Positions 52,123 to 62,053 of a stretch of 64,000 nt of DNA are shown in pieces. Under the pieces are notes generated by a model. The model was not told where the DNA came from. It saw nothing but the letters and a program-made list of their open reading frames with translations, and did not search any database. A program made the position numbers and the translations under genes. Numbering within the stretch: the stretch's first letter is position 1; the number at the start of each line of letters is the position of its first letter. Where the stretch lies: assembly GCA_047602745.1 (NCBI GenBank), contig JBLKOJ010000003.1:4912-68911 (forward strand). The letters run 5' to 3'. The DNA comes from Candidatus Woesearchaeota archaeon. Its GTDB lineage: Archaea; Nanobdellota; Nanobdellia; Woesearchaeales; UBA583.

Positions 52123-53586
52123 TTAATTTTTAATATTTAAATCTCTCTTCCAATGCTCATATACTAGGTCTCTAATTGAAATAGTAAATAAACCTTCTGC
52201 AAGAGATGGATGTGGAGAAATAGTATTTGATAAGTCAAAAAGTGTTTTTTTATCTTCAATATAAGGAACAATTATCTGATTTAAATTAACAGCGTCATTT
52301 CCAAAAATATGGCATCCTAAAATTTCAAGAGTTTGAGAGTCATAATGAATTATACAAGTACCTTTTAGTCCTTTTGCTTTTCCATATACTGTGGTTTGAA
52401 ATTCTTTAGTGTATGTCTGAAAACCAACTCCTTCTTTTTTTAATTGTTGAGATGTTTTCCCACATCCTGCAACTTCACAAGAACCAAGATATATTCCATA
52501 CGGCATATAGTCTTGAGATAATTGAGATTGTTCATTTAAAACAATTTGTTTAAATACTTCTCTTGCTTCAAACCCCGCTCCATGCCTAAGTAAAGATTTT
52601 CCTGTGCAATCTCCAATAGCATACATATGAGAAGTATTCACAATTTTATATGAATCATCGGTTTGAATGAATCCTCTATTATTGAGTGTTATATTTGTGT
52701 TTGAAAGATACAAGGAGTCAGTGTTAGGAGTTACACCTAAAGCAACTAAAATTCTTGGAGTAATATGCGTTTGAGATAATTTTTCTTTACTGTATTCTAT
52801 TTTAATCATTGAGTTTTTCTCTTCAACATGCTCAATTTGAACTTTTTTAATAATTGCAATACCTAGCCCTTCTAAATACTGTTCAACTTGCTTTTTTAAT
52901 AAATCATCAATTGGTCTTAAAATCCCTCCTGTTGCAAGAATTGTTACTTCAACTCCATAAGCAGCATATAGAGCACCTAGCTCACACGCAATAACTCCTC
53001 CTCCTAAAATAGTATATTTTGAAATTTCATCTTGAGAAAATAAAGCTTCTGTTGATGTATCGTATTCAATAGATTCAATTCCTAAAATCTCACTTGGAAC
53101 TCTAGGTCTTGAACCGGTTGCAACTACTATTTTATTATACGAAATTATTGTTTCATCTTCAAGTTTTAATGTATAATCATCAACAAATGTAGCATGAGAA
53201 GAGAAGTATGTTAAATTTTCAACATTGCCTTTTATCATCATATCTTTAGAATTAAGAGAATCTTGACTAACTTCTTTTAACACTTCTTCTTTGAGTTTTG
53301 TAAAATTAATAAAATTAGATACTTTCAACCCTTCAAAATCTTCTTTTCTAAAATTATTTTTGTTTGAATATTTTTGAATACTGTTAATTGTATCATATAC
53401 TTTAAAAATAGATGCAATTAATTTTTTTGAAGGAATACAACCCCTATTTAAACAAGTCCCCCCTGGTCTTCCATGTCCTATTAAAGCAACTTTAAACCCA
53501 AAATTAGCTAACTTTCTTGCTAAGTTTGCTCCCGCTCCGTCTCCTAGAATTACAATTTCAAAATGAAATTTTTTAGATTCATCCAT
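52123..53586 (-). CDS. Class I pyridine nucleotide-disulfide oxidoreductase (dihydrolipoyl dehydrogenase / glutathione reductase family)
   Basis: FAD-binding GDGAGA, redox-active disulfide GGTCLNRGCIPSK, NAD(P)-binding GGGVIACELG, IGDCTG, and the C-terminal dimerisation His-Glu pair (HPSLAEG). Confidence 0.8.
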   Translation of the reverse strand: MDESKKFHFEIVILGDGAGANLARKLANFGFKVALIGHGRPGGTCLNRGCIPSKKLIASIFKVYDTINSIQKYSNKNNFRKEDFEGLKVSNFINFTKLKEEVLKEVSQDSLNSKDMMIKGNVENLTYFSSHATFVDDYTLKLEDETIISYNKIVVATGSRPRVPSEILGIESIEYDTSTEALFSQDEISKYTILGGGVIACELGALYAAYGVEVTILATGGILRPIDDLLKKQVEQYLEGLGIAIIKKVQIEHVEEKNSMIKIEYSKEKLSQTHITPRILVALGVTPNTDSLYLSNTNITLNNRGFIQTDDSYKIVNTSHMYAIGDCTGKSLLRHGAGFEAREVFKQIVLNEQSQLSQDYMPYGIYLGSCEVAGCGKTSQQLKKEGVGFQTYTKEFQTTVYGKAKGLKGTCIIHYDSQTLEILGCHIFGNDAVNLNQIIVPYIEDKKTLFDLSNTISPHPSLAEGLFTISIRDLVYEHWKRDLNIKN

Positions 53587-53696
53587 ATTTATATGAATAA
53601 AAAAAGTCTTTTAAATCTTCGCACACACAAAAAAATAATAAATTACTATATAATTTAAAAGAGATCAAAATTATGTCTTGTAACATTATAATTGTA

Positions 53697-54323
53697 TTAT
53701 CTAATATCCTTTATTAAATGATACACTAGTCCATTTGATTTTGATTGAGCTTCAACTGAACTTGCTTCAAAAATCATACAATTTTCAATTGAATTATTCA
53801 TTGCTAAATTAGTACTATTGGTAGTATAGACTAACATTGGATTTTGTGAACAACTCAAATTTTCAACTGAAATTGTTGAAATTGAGTTTATTTGTAAGGC
53901 TTGACTAATTAAAAATCGAGCATTATCATTTAAAAAATCTTCATCTACAAATACATTAATAGCCGTATTTTTATTTTCTAAAAGTTCATTACTTAATTGA
54001 ATTAAACTCTCATCATTTCTGTAGGGAGTTAGATCCTCATAAAATACAAATTGAATTCCATCTAAAATTGCACCATCAAAAGAAGTTCCCGCTCCATCTT
54101 GAAATAACCCTTCAGTAAATGGAATATTTCTTGAAGTTCCATCTCCTCCCCCTCCTCCTATAGTTGGAGTTCCAATTATAGAAAAACCAATTACTGATGC
54201 TCCCATCACAATTAATAAAATAACACTAAATATTTTAACTGTTCTTTTAGTCTCTCTCTCTCTTTGTTCTTCATACGAAACTGACTTCTTCTTTCTTGAA
54301 TTATTTTTACTTTTATTCACCAT
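53697..54323 (-). CDS. Membrane-anchored hypothetical protein
   Basis: Basic N-terminus, one TM helix, a poly-Gly linker (GGGGGDG), then an extracytoplasmic domain. Confidence 0.4.
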   Translation of the reverse strand: MVNKSKNNSRKKKSVSYEEQRERETKRTVKIFSVILLIVMGASVIGFSIIGTPTIGGGGGDGTSRNIPFTEGLFQDGAGTSFDGAILDGIQFVFYEDLTPYRNDESLIQLSNELLENKNTAINVFVDEDFLNDNARFLISQALQINSISTISVENLSCSQNPMLVYTTNSTNLAMNNSIENCMIFEASSVEAQSKSNGLVYHLIKDIR

Positions 54324-54335
54324 TTTTAATTATTT

Positions 54336-54563
54336 TTAAACCCAATCACCTTTTCTAGTTAATATCGCATCATTAGATCTTTTTGAAGCATTATTTAAAA
54401 ATGCTTCTCTAAATTTATCTAAAGCAAATAAACCTTCTTTTTCATCTCTAAGTGATTTATTTCTAATTACATTATAGTTTCCATCAATTAAGATTTCATT
54501 CATTTCTTCCATGAAAATGTTTAAAATTTCCTTGGCTTTTAAACTAGCATTTTTAGAATCCAT
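54336..54563 (-). CDS. Small hypothetical protein (weak GatC-like C-terminal pattern)
   Basis: LRDEKEG...FLNNASKRSNDAILTRKG loosely parallels the GatC ..REDE.G...NAP...G.F.VP pattern. The N-terminus is shorter than in true GatC. Unverified. Confidence 0.25.
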   Translation of the reverse strand: MDSKNASLKAKEILNIFMEEMNEILIDGNYNVIRNKSLRDEKEGLFALDKFREAFLNNASKRSNDAILTRKGDWV

Positions 54564-54615
54564 TTAATTATACCAAGAAAAGAGTATTTAAAAATATTTA
54601 CTTTCTAAAAATATA

Positions 54616-56469
54616 TTAAGAAGTTGTTGGAAATAAAATATTTCTAATTAAAATATATGCTGCCCCCATTTGATTATTTGGAGAAAATCTTTGTGAAAAA
54701 TATTTTTCACTTATTCTAGCATTTAATACCCCTCCTTGAACTTGACAGCTAATATGTTTACCGTATTGTAAACTTTGCGAACTTTCAAAACCATAAAATC
54801 CAAATAATTCTCTACACAAATTTGAATTAGCCCCTTCAATTCTAAGTAAATAAATTGGTAATGTTGTAAAGGAATCTTCTGCGTTGAAAATATTTCCACT
54901 CTTATAATGCAAAGTTTCACTCTCTTCTGTTAAAGTATATACTCTGCCATCAATTCTTTTTCTTACATATAATCTCTCAGGGGTATAGGAGAATTGGTAA
55001 TATCCTTGATTCAATAATTGTGATAAACTAAAATCGAAATTACTAATTGCAAACCAGGATGTAGAAGGATTTATGTATACGTAATATTGAGAATTATCTT
55101 CTAAAATTACTCTATATTTATTAAAGTTTTTAGGAACTACTTTTTTAGATTCAATAAGCACATAATTATCTGAGCCTAGACTATCTCCATGTTCAGAACC
55201 CCAAAATATATTTAAAATCTCAAATCCTTCAGATTCTATCTCCTCTGTCAAATTATCTAATACATCATATACAAAAATTTCATCTCTATCCTCTGAATCA
55301 TCACGACACGACCCAAATACACGACATCCTATACTCCTCAATGTTCTTGTAACTTCTCGAAACGGTTTTGTCCAACTGCTTGGCTCACTTTCATCTGAAA
55401 GATCTTCTTGAGTAATTGTTTTTCCTAAATTTACAATTTCCTGTTCAAACTCTCTACTTCGTAAAGACTGAGAACCTATGTTTTGAATTTGTGAAACTTG
55501 AAGACCCGTAAAAAAATCTTCTACAGACACAGATAAAATTGAACTTTCAGACTCAATTGTAGGATTCCCTACTCCAAATCCTATAATTATCGATTCTTTT
55601 GAGTCGTCTAAATTTTTATATAAACAATTGGAAAATCCTACATTTAGTCCCCTTATAAACGAAGGTAATGTGGCAAAATTGTCATTAAAACCACAACTAA
55701 CTGAAAAACTACTCCAGGAACCTGGAACCGAAAACGAATTCCTTAAATCAGTCAAAGAAGTACAAGTCTTAAACAATGGAAACTCAACAAATGTGGCTCT
55801 ACAAGTAGCATCATCTTTACTGTGGCAAGTGGGATTTTCGTGTGAATAATAAATTAAGTTTGAAATCATATTTCCACCTTGTATACATATTCTTTCATCT
55901 TCAATAGAAAATTCTTTTGCCCTATTTGGTATAGCATTTTGTGTGTTTGAAAGTTCTAAATTCTCTTTTTCTAAATTCATCAAATTTATCAATGATTCAT
56001 CTCCTGTCCAAAAAGAGAGTTCTAGTAAATTATTGTTATTTAATAATTTGACTTGATTTAAAGGGTAATAATCTAGAGGTGTTCTATCTCCTTGAGTTTT
56101 TGCACCCATTGATTCAATATACTGCTTAATTCCATTTGAGCCGCAATCTCCCTCTCCAAGACCACCTCTTCCTTTACCCGATTGCTGAACTCCCCCTAAA
56201 AGGTTTCCACTTTCATAATTTCCACACAAAATGGCTCTATCTATAATAAATATTCCAGATAGCATTCCACCAGGCTCTTCAATAGTTTTAGTGAATAAAA
56301 CATTACCTTGTGAATCTACGATACTTCTCTCATCTCTAACCTCACCACTTCCATTTAAGTTTGATCCTTCTAAATCAATAATTGTTTTAGTTGGTGCTTT
56401 TTTACATCCAGCTAAAATTATTATAAGAAATAATAGAATAAAAATTACAGTTTTTTTTGAAATATTCAT
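54616..56469 (-). CDS. Cys-rich secreted lipoprotein candidate (bacterial-type lipobox)
   Basis: The signal peptide MNISKKTVIFILLFLIIILAG/CKK contains the L-A-G-C lipobox, with Cys at residue 22. The mature part has many cysteines and I recognise no family. Confidence 0.55.
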   Translation of the reverse strand: MNISKKTVIFILLFLIIILAGCKKAPTKTIIDLEGSNLNGSGEVRDERSIVDSQGNVLFTKTIEEPGGMLSGIFIIDRAILCGNYESGNLLGGVQQSGKGRGGLGEGDCGSNGIKQYIESMGAKTQGDRTPLDYYPLNQVKLLNNNNLLELSFWTGDESLINLMNLEKENLELSNTQNAIPNRAKEFSIEDERICIQGGNMISNLIYYSHENPTCHSKDDATCRATFVEFPLFKTCTSLTDLRNSFSVPGSWSSFSVSCGFNDNFATLPSFIRGLNVGFSNCLYKNLDDSKESIIIGFGVGNPTIESESSILSVSVEDFFTGLQVSQIQNIGSQSLRSREFEQEIVNLGKTITQEDLSDESEPSSWTKPFREVTRTLRSIGCRVFGSCRDDSEDRDEIFVYDVLDNLTEEIESEGFEILNIFWGSEHGDSLGSDNYVLIESKKVVPKNFNKYRVILEDNSQYYVYINPSTSWFAISNFDFSLSQLLNQGYYQFSYTPERLYVRKRIDGRVYTLTEESETLHYKSGNIFNAEDSFTTLPIYLLRIEGANSNLCRELFGFYGFESSQSLQYGKHISCQVQGGVLNARISEKYFSQRFSPNNQMGAAYILIRNILFPTTS

Positions 56470-56543
56470 AATTTATTTTTAAATTAAGGTTATAAAAAAT
56501 TAAACTATAATTATAAAGTAGTAATTTAAATGTTACAGAAATA

Positions 56544-57926
56544 TTAACACCAAGTATTAACTTTTTGAATAAAATTAAATTCATCTAAATAAATCAAATC
56601 TAGAAATTCTTCATTTTTTTTAAAATAAATGTTGGTTAATTCTTTAAGAGAAATATAATCTCGATTTTTAATAAGATATAACGTATTTCCAATTAATTTC
56701 AATTCTTCATTATTATGATAGTCTAAATAGTTATTAATATGATTTAATGAAATATCTAAAGAAATACCTTTTTCATAATAAAATTTTGAAATTTGAAAAT
56801 TTTTACATAGAATCTTTGCAAATATAATATCAAACTCTTTACAATATAAAAAATCAAAATCTAAAGTTTCAAATCCTTTTTTCTTGACTAACTTTACTAT
56901 TTTTTTAACTAATTTTAATGTTTTTGAGCCAATTATATCAGTAGTCATAATTGTATTACTCTTAATTACAAACTCAACGTTAATACTAGGCAATTTTGAA
57001 TTAAAAAAATCTTGTTTTATTTTTTCTAAGTTATCAGGACTAGTATTTAAATTATTCTTTTTAAAAGAAAGAAAATCATTTGAAGTGCAACCTGTTTTTA
57101 ACATAAATATGGCTTTTAATTTGGAATTATAAAATATTTCATCTTCTAAAGCACTAAGGGCATTTCTTTCTTTTAGAATAGGGTCTTGAATCATAAGAGG
57201 AGAATATTTATCTTTTGAAAAATAATTCGAATTTTTAGTTGAGTTTGGAAAAATTGGTGAAGTGTTTTCTATCTGAAGTATTGTTCCTTTTTGCATATTT
57301 GAAAAAAATTCAATAAGTTTCTCAAAATTTCTAAATCTCATTAATAAACACTCAATTGAATGTCCTGAAAAACCGTTTATATAACTCTCAGCTCCATATA
57401 AATTTTGACTTTTAAACCATGCTTTAGCAAGTCTAATCTCATTAGATAAGTTTCTATCTTCCTTAATTTGTTTTTGTAAATATCGAACATGATGAATAGA
57501 AACATCTGTTGAATTTAAAGCTAAAATAGGATTCTCAAATCTCTGAGTGGGTACGCACTCAAAATTGAACTCACCTAAGTCCTCAATTTTAAAAATCCCA
57601 CTAACATACATTCTTGAACCCCGCTCAATATTATAAAAAATATTTGAATCATTTAAAATGTTTAAAAGTTGTCTTTCTTTGACTTTATCATCAACTACAT
57701 CTTGAAATTGAAAAAAAAAATCAATATCAAAATCTTCTCTTAAGTATGTATTTTTTGCATATGAACCTCCAAGCTCAACTTTAATAGAATATGAAAATTT
57801 ATTAATTGAACATTTAATTTTTTGTAAAAATATCGAGATTAATTGTTCTAAAACTAAAATTTCATTTTTAGAAGGTACGAGTTCTTGTAGAATTTGCTTT
57901 TTTAATTTATTATCTATAAAACACAT
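56544..57926 (-). CDS. cca: CCA-adding enzyme (archaeal class I tRNA nucleotidyltransferase)
   Basis: VELGGSYAKNTYLREDFDIDFF (GS...DxD nucleotidyltransferase motif) and RLAKAWFKSQNLYGAESYINGFSGHSIECLL are typical of the archaeal class I enzyme. Both tRNAs in the window lack an encoded CCA. Confidence 0.8.
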   Translation of the reverse strand: MCFIDNKLKKQILQELVPSKNEILVLEQLISIFLQKIKCSINKFSYSIKVELGGSYAKNTYLREDFDIDFFFQFQDVVDDKVKERQLLNILNDSNIFYNIERGSRMYVSGIFKIEDLGEFNFECVPTQRFENPILALNSTDVSIHHVRYLQKQIKEDRNLSNEIRLAKAWFKSQNLYGAESYINGFSGHSIECLLMRFRNFEKLIEFFSNMQKGTILQIENTSPIFPNSTKNSNYFSKDKYSPLMIQDPILKERNALSALEDEIFYNSKLKAIFMLKTGCTSNDFLSFKKNNLNTSPDNLEKIKQDFFNSKLPSINVEFVIKSNTIMTTDIIGSKTLKLVKKIVKLVKKKGFETLDFDFLYCKEFDIIFAKILCKNFQISKFYYEKGISLDISLNHINNYLDYHNNEELKLIGNTLYLIKNRDYISLKELTNIYFKKNEEFLDLIYLDEFNFIQKVNTWC

Positions 57927-58009
57927 ATTTAAAAATAATAATATTAATGTATTTATGTATTTTACTTTTAATTTAATAACTTATTTATATTTATATTAAA
58001 TTTATACAC

Positions 58010-58735
58010 TCAACTTTCTCTAATTGGAGCTACTATAAATTTATAAAAATAATAATTAAGTAATCCCAAATAAGGAATTCTTATTACTGCTGTCCCTATT
58101 ACGTCATCTTGAGGAATTCTAACTTCTTTAGACATAATCAGAGGATTATTATCTCCTTTTGTAGTAAAATAAAAAATATTATCTTCAAATTCGATTTCGA
58201 CTACTCTATGAATAATTGGACCAAAATTCAAATAAAACAGTGACTCTTCCTTTCCATTGGATAGTTGAACTTTGTCTTGACCTTTAAATAAAATAACATC
58301 TCCAACCTGAATATTTTTTGGATCTCTTCCATACCCTATTATAACATCCCCCCTATTCATTCCATTTGAAAATTTAAAATTTTGAAAATCCTGCTTGGAA
58401 ATATCAAGATTATCTTCATAAAAATTACCACATATATCCCAAAAATTTAAATTACTATTTGAATCATCAATTCTATTTCCACAAATCATATCATTATTTA
58501 ATCTTTGTTCCATTGATTCTGAGACTATTGCAGTTAATGGATATGATGTCTGTAACAAGAATCCTACTAATGGCAATAATATTAATTTAAAAAAAATAAA
58601 TAAAGTTATAAAAAATAACACATGAGATACTAAATCTTCTCCTTTAAAAACATATTTAATGAATGATTTCAAATCTTTGACTGAGGAGTATGATAAAATC
58701 TCTTTTGAAGATTTAATATTTTGTTTTTTACCCAT
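58010..58735 (-). CDS. Signal peptidase I, archaeal/eukaryotic Sec11 (S26B) type
   Basis: TM anchor, catalytic Ser box VSESMEQ, GDVII, His box IHRVV, and TKGDNN. Confidence 0.8.
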   Translation of the reverse strand: MGKKQNIKSSKEILSYSSVKDLKSFIKYVFKGEDLVSHVLFFITLFIFFKLILLPLVGFLLQTSYPLTAIVSESMEQRLNNDMICGNRIDDSNSNLNFWDICGNFYEDNLDISKQDFQNFKFSNGMNRGDVIIGYGRDPKNIQVGDVILFKGQDKVQLSNGKEESLFYLNFGPIIHRVVEIEFEDNIFYFTTKGDNNPLIMSKEVRIPQDDVIGTAVIRIPYLGLLNYYFYKFIVAPIRES

Positions 58736-58793
58736 TTAAATAGAAGTAAAGATTTTTTATTTTTATATATTTGTAATATTTAATTAAAGATAA

Positions 58794-61754
58794 TTATTCT
58801 TTTGAAAATTTTTTATTCTTAAGTCTAATCTCTTTTTTCTTTTTATTAGACTCATAAAAATCCTCAAAACTTTCTTTTTCATCTTTCATACTATTTTTAC
58901 TCTTAAGAAGAGTATCTTTGAAAGTTTCAGTTTCTTTCTTACTAATATCATTTTTAAAAGAATCAAATATATTAGAATTTTTTCTACTATTGTCAATATT
59001 ATCATTGAAATTTTTAGTTTTTTCCTTATTAGTTTCATTTTTAAATTCATCAAACACATTAGAATCTTTTTTAAGAGTTGAATCTATAAATTCATTTAAT
59101 TTACTTAAATGTGAATCATATTTACTTTCATTTTTTGTATTTGTAACTGTAGAGTTTCCTAAATTTGTAATTGAAGATGATATTGGCGTTTTATTTAAGT
59201 CTTTTTTAGGAATTTCAGAGTAAGTACCTACCTTTTTATGATTATCATTTCTACTTGAAGTTGATTTTTTCTTTGCTCCCATTGCAATTAATTGATTATC
59301 TAAGTATCCCTTACTATATGAATAATACCCGCCCGCTCCAACTAATAGTACAATAAATGCAAATGCAGAGAGTAGAATAAAATTAAATTCACTATCTTGA
59401 GGAACAAATGGTTCTTCAGGTATAAATGGGTCTTCTTCATCAATAGAAGAGGATGAAGGAGTTTGACTATCAATATTTGGAGGAGGAGTTTCATTTTCTA
59501 AAGGTTCTATTATTTGTTCTTGAGTTGGGCTTGGAATGAAATCATCAGGAGGAGTTGTATCTAACTCTTCAATTAAAAATACTTCATTTCCAGCATTATC
59601 TAATGCTCTAACACACAAAAAATTTTTATCAAATACATCAACTTCTGAATTTTCTTCATAAGGAGTTCTTGCCTGACATGTGTCTTTAGTAGAAGAAGTC
59701 CCATAAAATACTGAATGACAACCGGAATTCTCATCAACACATTTAATGATTAAGTTGGTTGATGAAGAACCCATGGTTATAATTAATTGGGGAACTTGGT
59801 TATCAAATTGGTAATTTTGTGTAAATTCAGGAGTACTTCTTCCATACAAGTCGACCCCTCTAACTTTAAAAGATGTGTCTTGAGAAAAATCATTAAAAAC
59901 TTCAATGCTAGAACCAGATGAATTTATAAGAATTTGGGAATTTGAGAACTCGACCATAAAATATGCTAAATCTTGTATATTTGAATCAATTTCCATTTTC
60001 ATATATGAAGAATTTGAAAAAAAAGTAGTCGGACCTGAAACTGAATTGAATAGATTTACTGAATTGATTGTAGGAACCGTTTTATCAACTGTGATTTGAA
60101 ATTCATTAGTAGAAACTCTAGATTCTCTATTAGTACATCTCAATACCATATCAACTCTCCCTTCTTCTAAAAAAGGACCAACATTATTGAAATGTAAAGT
60201 TCTACCCTCAACTCTTGATTGAGTAAATTCTAAGTTGTTTTGAGAAGAGGGGAATAAAAGCCTACATGTAGCACTGGTATCACTTATTTGAATTTCAAAA
60301 TCATGAAATTCTCTAAAGGCTAACTTTGGTTTGAAATCTATAATTCTAATTTGTTGAGTAGAATCTATATTTAAATTTAAAGTTTTAGAAGCTCGATTAT
60401 ATAATCTATCAAAGCAGTTAATTAAAATTTCAAATTCTCCTTGTTGAGATGAGAGAACATCAGTTTTTCTATGTCTTGTAAAGTTTTCACTCATATCCAA
60501 AATTGAGAAGATTTCTAAAGATTCTATTTCATATTCACAAATACCCATTGAACTTGTTCTAATATCAATAATTATTGGTTCTGATGTTACAAGACCGCTA
60601 GGTTCGGCGCTTAAAATAGATATTGGAGTTTCTTCTTGGAGCAGTTTAATAGAGAATAACCCCCTTAAACCAAATATTGACTCACTTAAATATACTCTAT
60701 CAGCCTCTTCAGTTTGAGAATCTATATTTTCACACATTATCCATACTCCGTTTTGATTACTCCCACTAATTTCTATTGGAATTCGATGAGATATAACTTG
60801 ATTAGTAATTGGAGAAGCAGTTACAAATTCATTAAAAGAGTCTAACTCCTCTTTATAACAACTTGCTTCTTGATTAGTTTCAAAAACTATTTCAAAATTT
60901 CTTGAATTTGTAAATATCTCAGAATTACTAAATCTAGTGTCAAAATAATAACCATAAGAAGAGTCATCTACATTGGAAAAAACCTTTGTAATTTCAAGGG
61001 GTTTATCTAAAACTATTAAATTTAAATTTAAAATTCTTGAATTCCCACTCACATCCTTATAGGTAACTTGAAAATCGTAAGAACCCTTTGCTAGAGAAGA
61101 AGTATCAATTTCAATAGACCTTGGTAAATCAGATAATTTTTTTGAATTAAACTTCTCATTTTTAATAATTTGAGAATCTAATCTAACATCAAATTCAGTT
61201 AAATAAACTGGAAATTCTAAAACAAAATTTAAGTCTCCTTCTCTAATTAAAATATTTGAATTTTCAATATTTTCTATCTGAGTACTATCTTTTGTTTGAA
61301 CTTTGTATTTTGATAATTCTATTTGAGATGGGACATAATTTATTTTAAACTGAGTTGGGTCTCCAAGAGTATCTAAACTTTGAGAAGATTCATCTTGTGA
61401 ATTAATATTAATAACAACACTTGTGTTTGAAGAATTAATCATCACATCATCAAAATCAATTAAAAAATTTAACTCTACTGAATTAAAAGGTTCAATATTT
61501 CTTGGCAAATTTGGATACTCTCGTTTTATACCATTTACTAAAATTTCTTCTACCACTAAAATAGAGTTGGACATAGATTCTAAATTCAAAGAAATCATAG
61601 GATTCAAATTAGTTGTGAAAACTATTTTAGTTCCATTTTTATCCTCATAAAATGAAATTGCATGAGAATTAACACTTAAACATAAAATATTAAAAATTGA
61701 AACTAATATCATTAAAAAAAGTTTAGTTTTCTTAATCTTTAAATTATAACTCAT
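58794..61754 (-). CDS. Large type I membrane surface protein (986 aa) with a repeat-containing cytoplasmic tail
   Basis: N-terminal signal peptide (LFLMILVSIFNILCLSVNSHA). A long beta-rich ectodomain is followed by a Pro/acidic stalk (TPPDDFIPSPTQEQ...PFIPEEPFVPQD). After the TM helix (FILLSAFAFIVLLVGAGGYY) comes a K/N/S-rich tail with a thrice-repeated FD.FKN-like motif. Confidence 0.55.
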   Translation of the reverse strand: MSYNLKIKKTKLFLMILVSIFNILCLSVNSHAISFYEDKNGTKIVFTTNLNPMISLNLESMSNSILVVEEILVNGIKREYPNLPRNIEPFNSVELNFLIDFDDVMINSSNTSVVININSQDESSQSLDTLGDPTQFKINYVPSQIELSKYKVQTKDSTQIENIENSNILIREGDLNFVLEFPVYLTEFDVRLDSQIIKNEKFNSKKLSDLPRSIEIDTSSLAKGSYDFQVTYKDVSGNSRILNLNLIVLDKPLEITKVFSNVDDSSYGYYFDTRFSNSEIFTNSRNFEIVFETNQEASCYKEELDSFNEFVTASPITNQVISHRIPIEISGSNQNGVWIMCENIDSQTEEADRVYLSESIFGLRGLFSIKLLQEETPISILSAEPSGLVTSEPIIIDIRTSSMGICEYEIESLEIFSILDMSENFTRHRKTDVLSSQQGEFEILINCFDRLYNRASKTLNLNIDSTQQIRIIDFKPKLAFREFHDFEIQISDTSATCRLLFPSSQNNLEFTQSRVEGRTLHFNNVGPFLEEGRVDMVLRCTNRESRVSTNEFQITVDKTVPTINSVNLFNSVSGPTTFFSNSSYMKMEIDSNIQDLAYFMVEFSNSQILINSSGSSIEVFNDFSQDTSFKVRGVDLYGRSTPEFTQNYQFDNQVPQLIITMGSSSTNLIIKCVDENSGCHSVFYGTSSTKDTCQARTPYEENSEVDVFDKNFLCVRALDNAGNEVFLIEELDTTPPDDFIPSPTQEQIIEPLENETPPPNIDSQTPSSSSIDEEDPFIPEEPFVPQDSEFNFILLSAFAFIVLLVGAGGYYSYSKGYLDNQLIAMGAKKKSTSSRNDNHKKVGTYSEIPKKDLNKTPISSSITNLGNSTVTNTKNESKYDSHLSKLNEFIDSTLKKDSNVFDEFKNETNKEKTKNFNDNIDNSRKNSNIFDSFKNDISKKETETFKDTLLKSKNSMKDEKESFEDFYESNKKKKEIRLKNKKFSKE

Positions 61755-62053
61755 AAAATAATTTTAACATTATATAATTTAAATTGATGCAATCACTATT
61801 GAGAAAATACTTTTAAGAATATTAATTGTAAGGTATCTAGAACACTTCAGATGTAAATTAATTATTTAGTCAAAGAGAACTTTTAGAGGTAACTAATATA
61901 CATAAAGGCTCACAAACTCAACACATCAATATATTTCTAGATTTTCGCCATTCGCTTTACCTTACAAATATAATAATAATAAAAGATTTAAAAATATATT
62001 TATTGACAAATCTACAAAAAGATTAAATCTAGCTGAATAGATTAGATTTCTAA

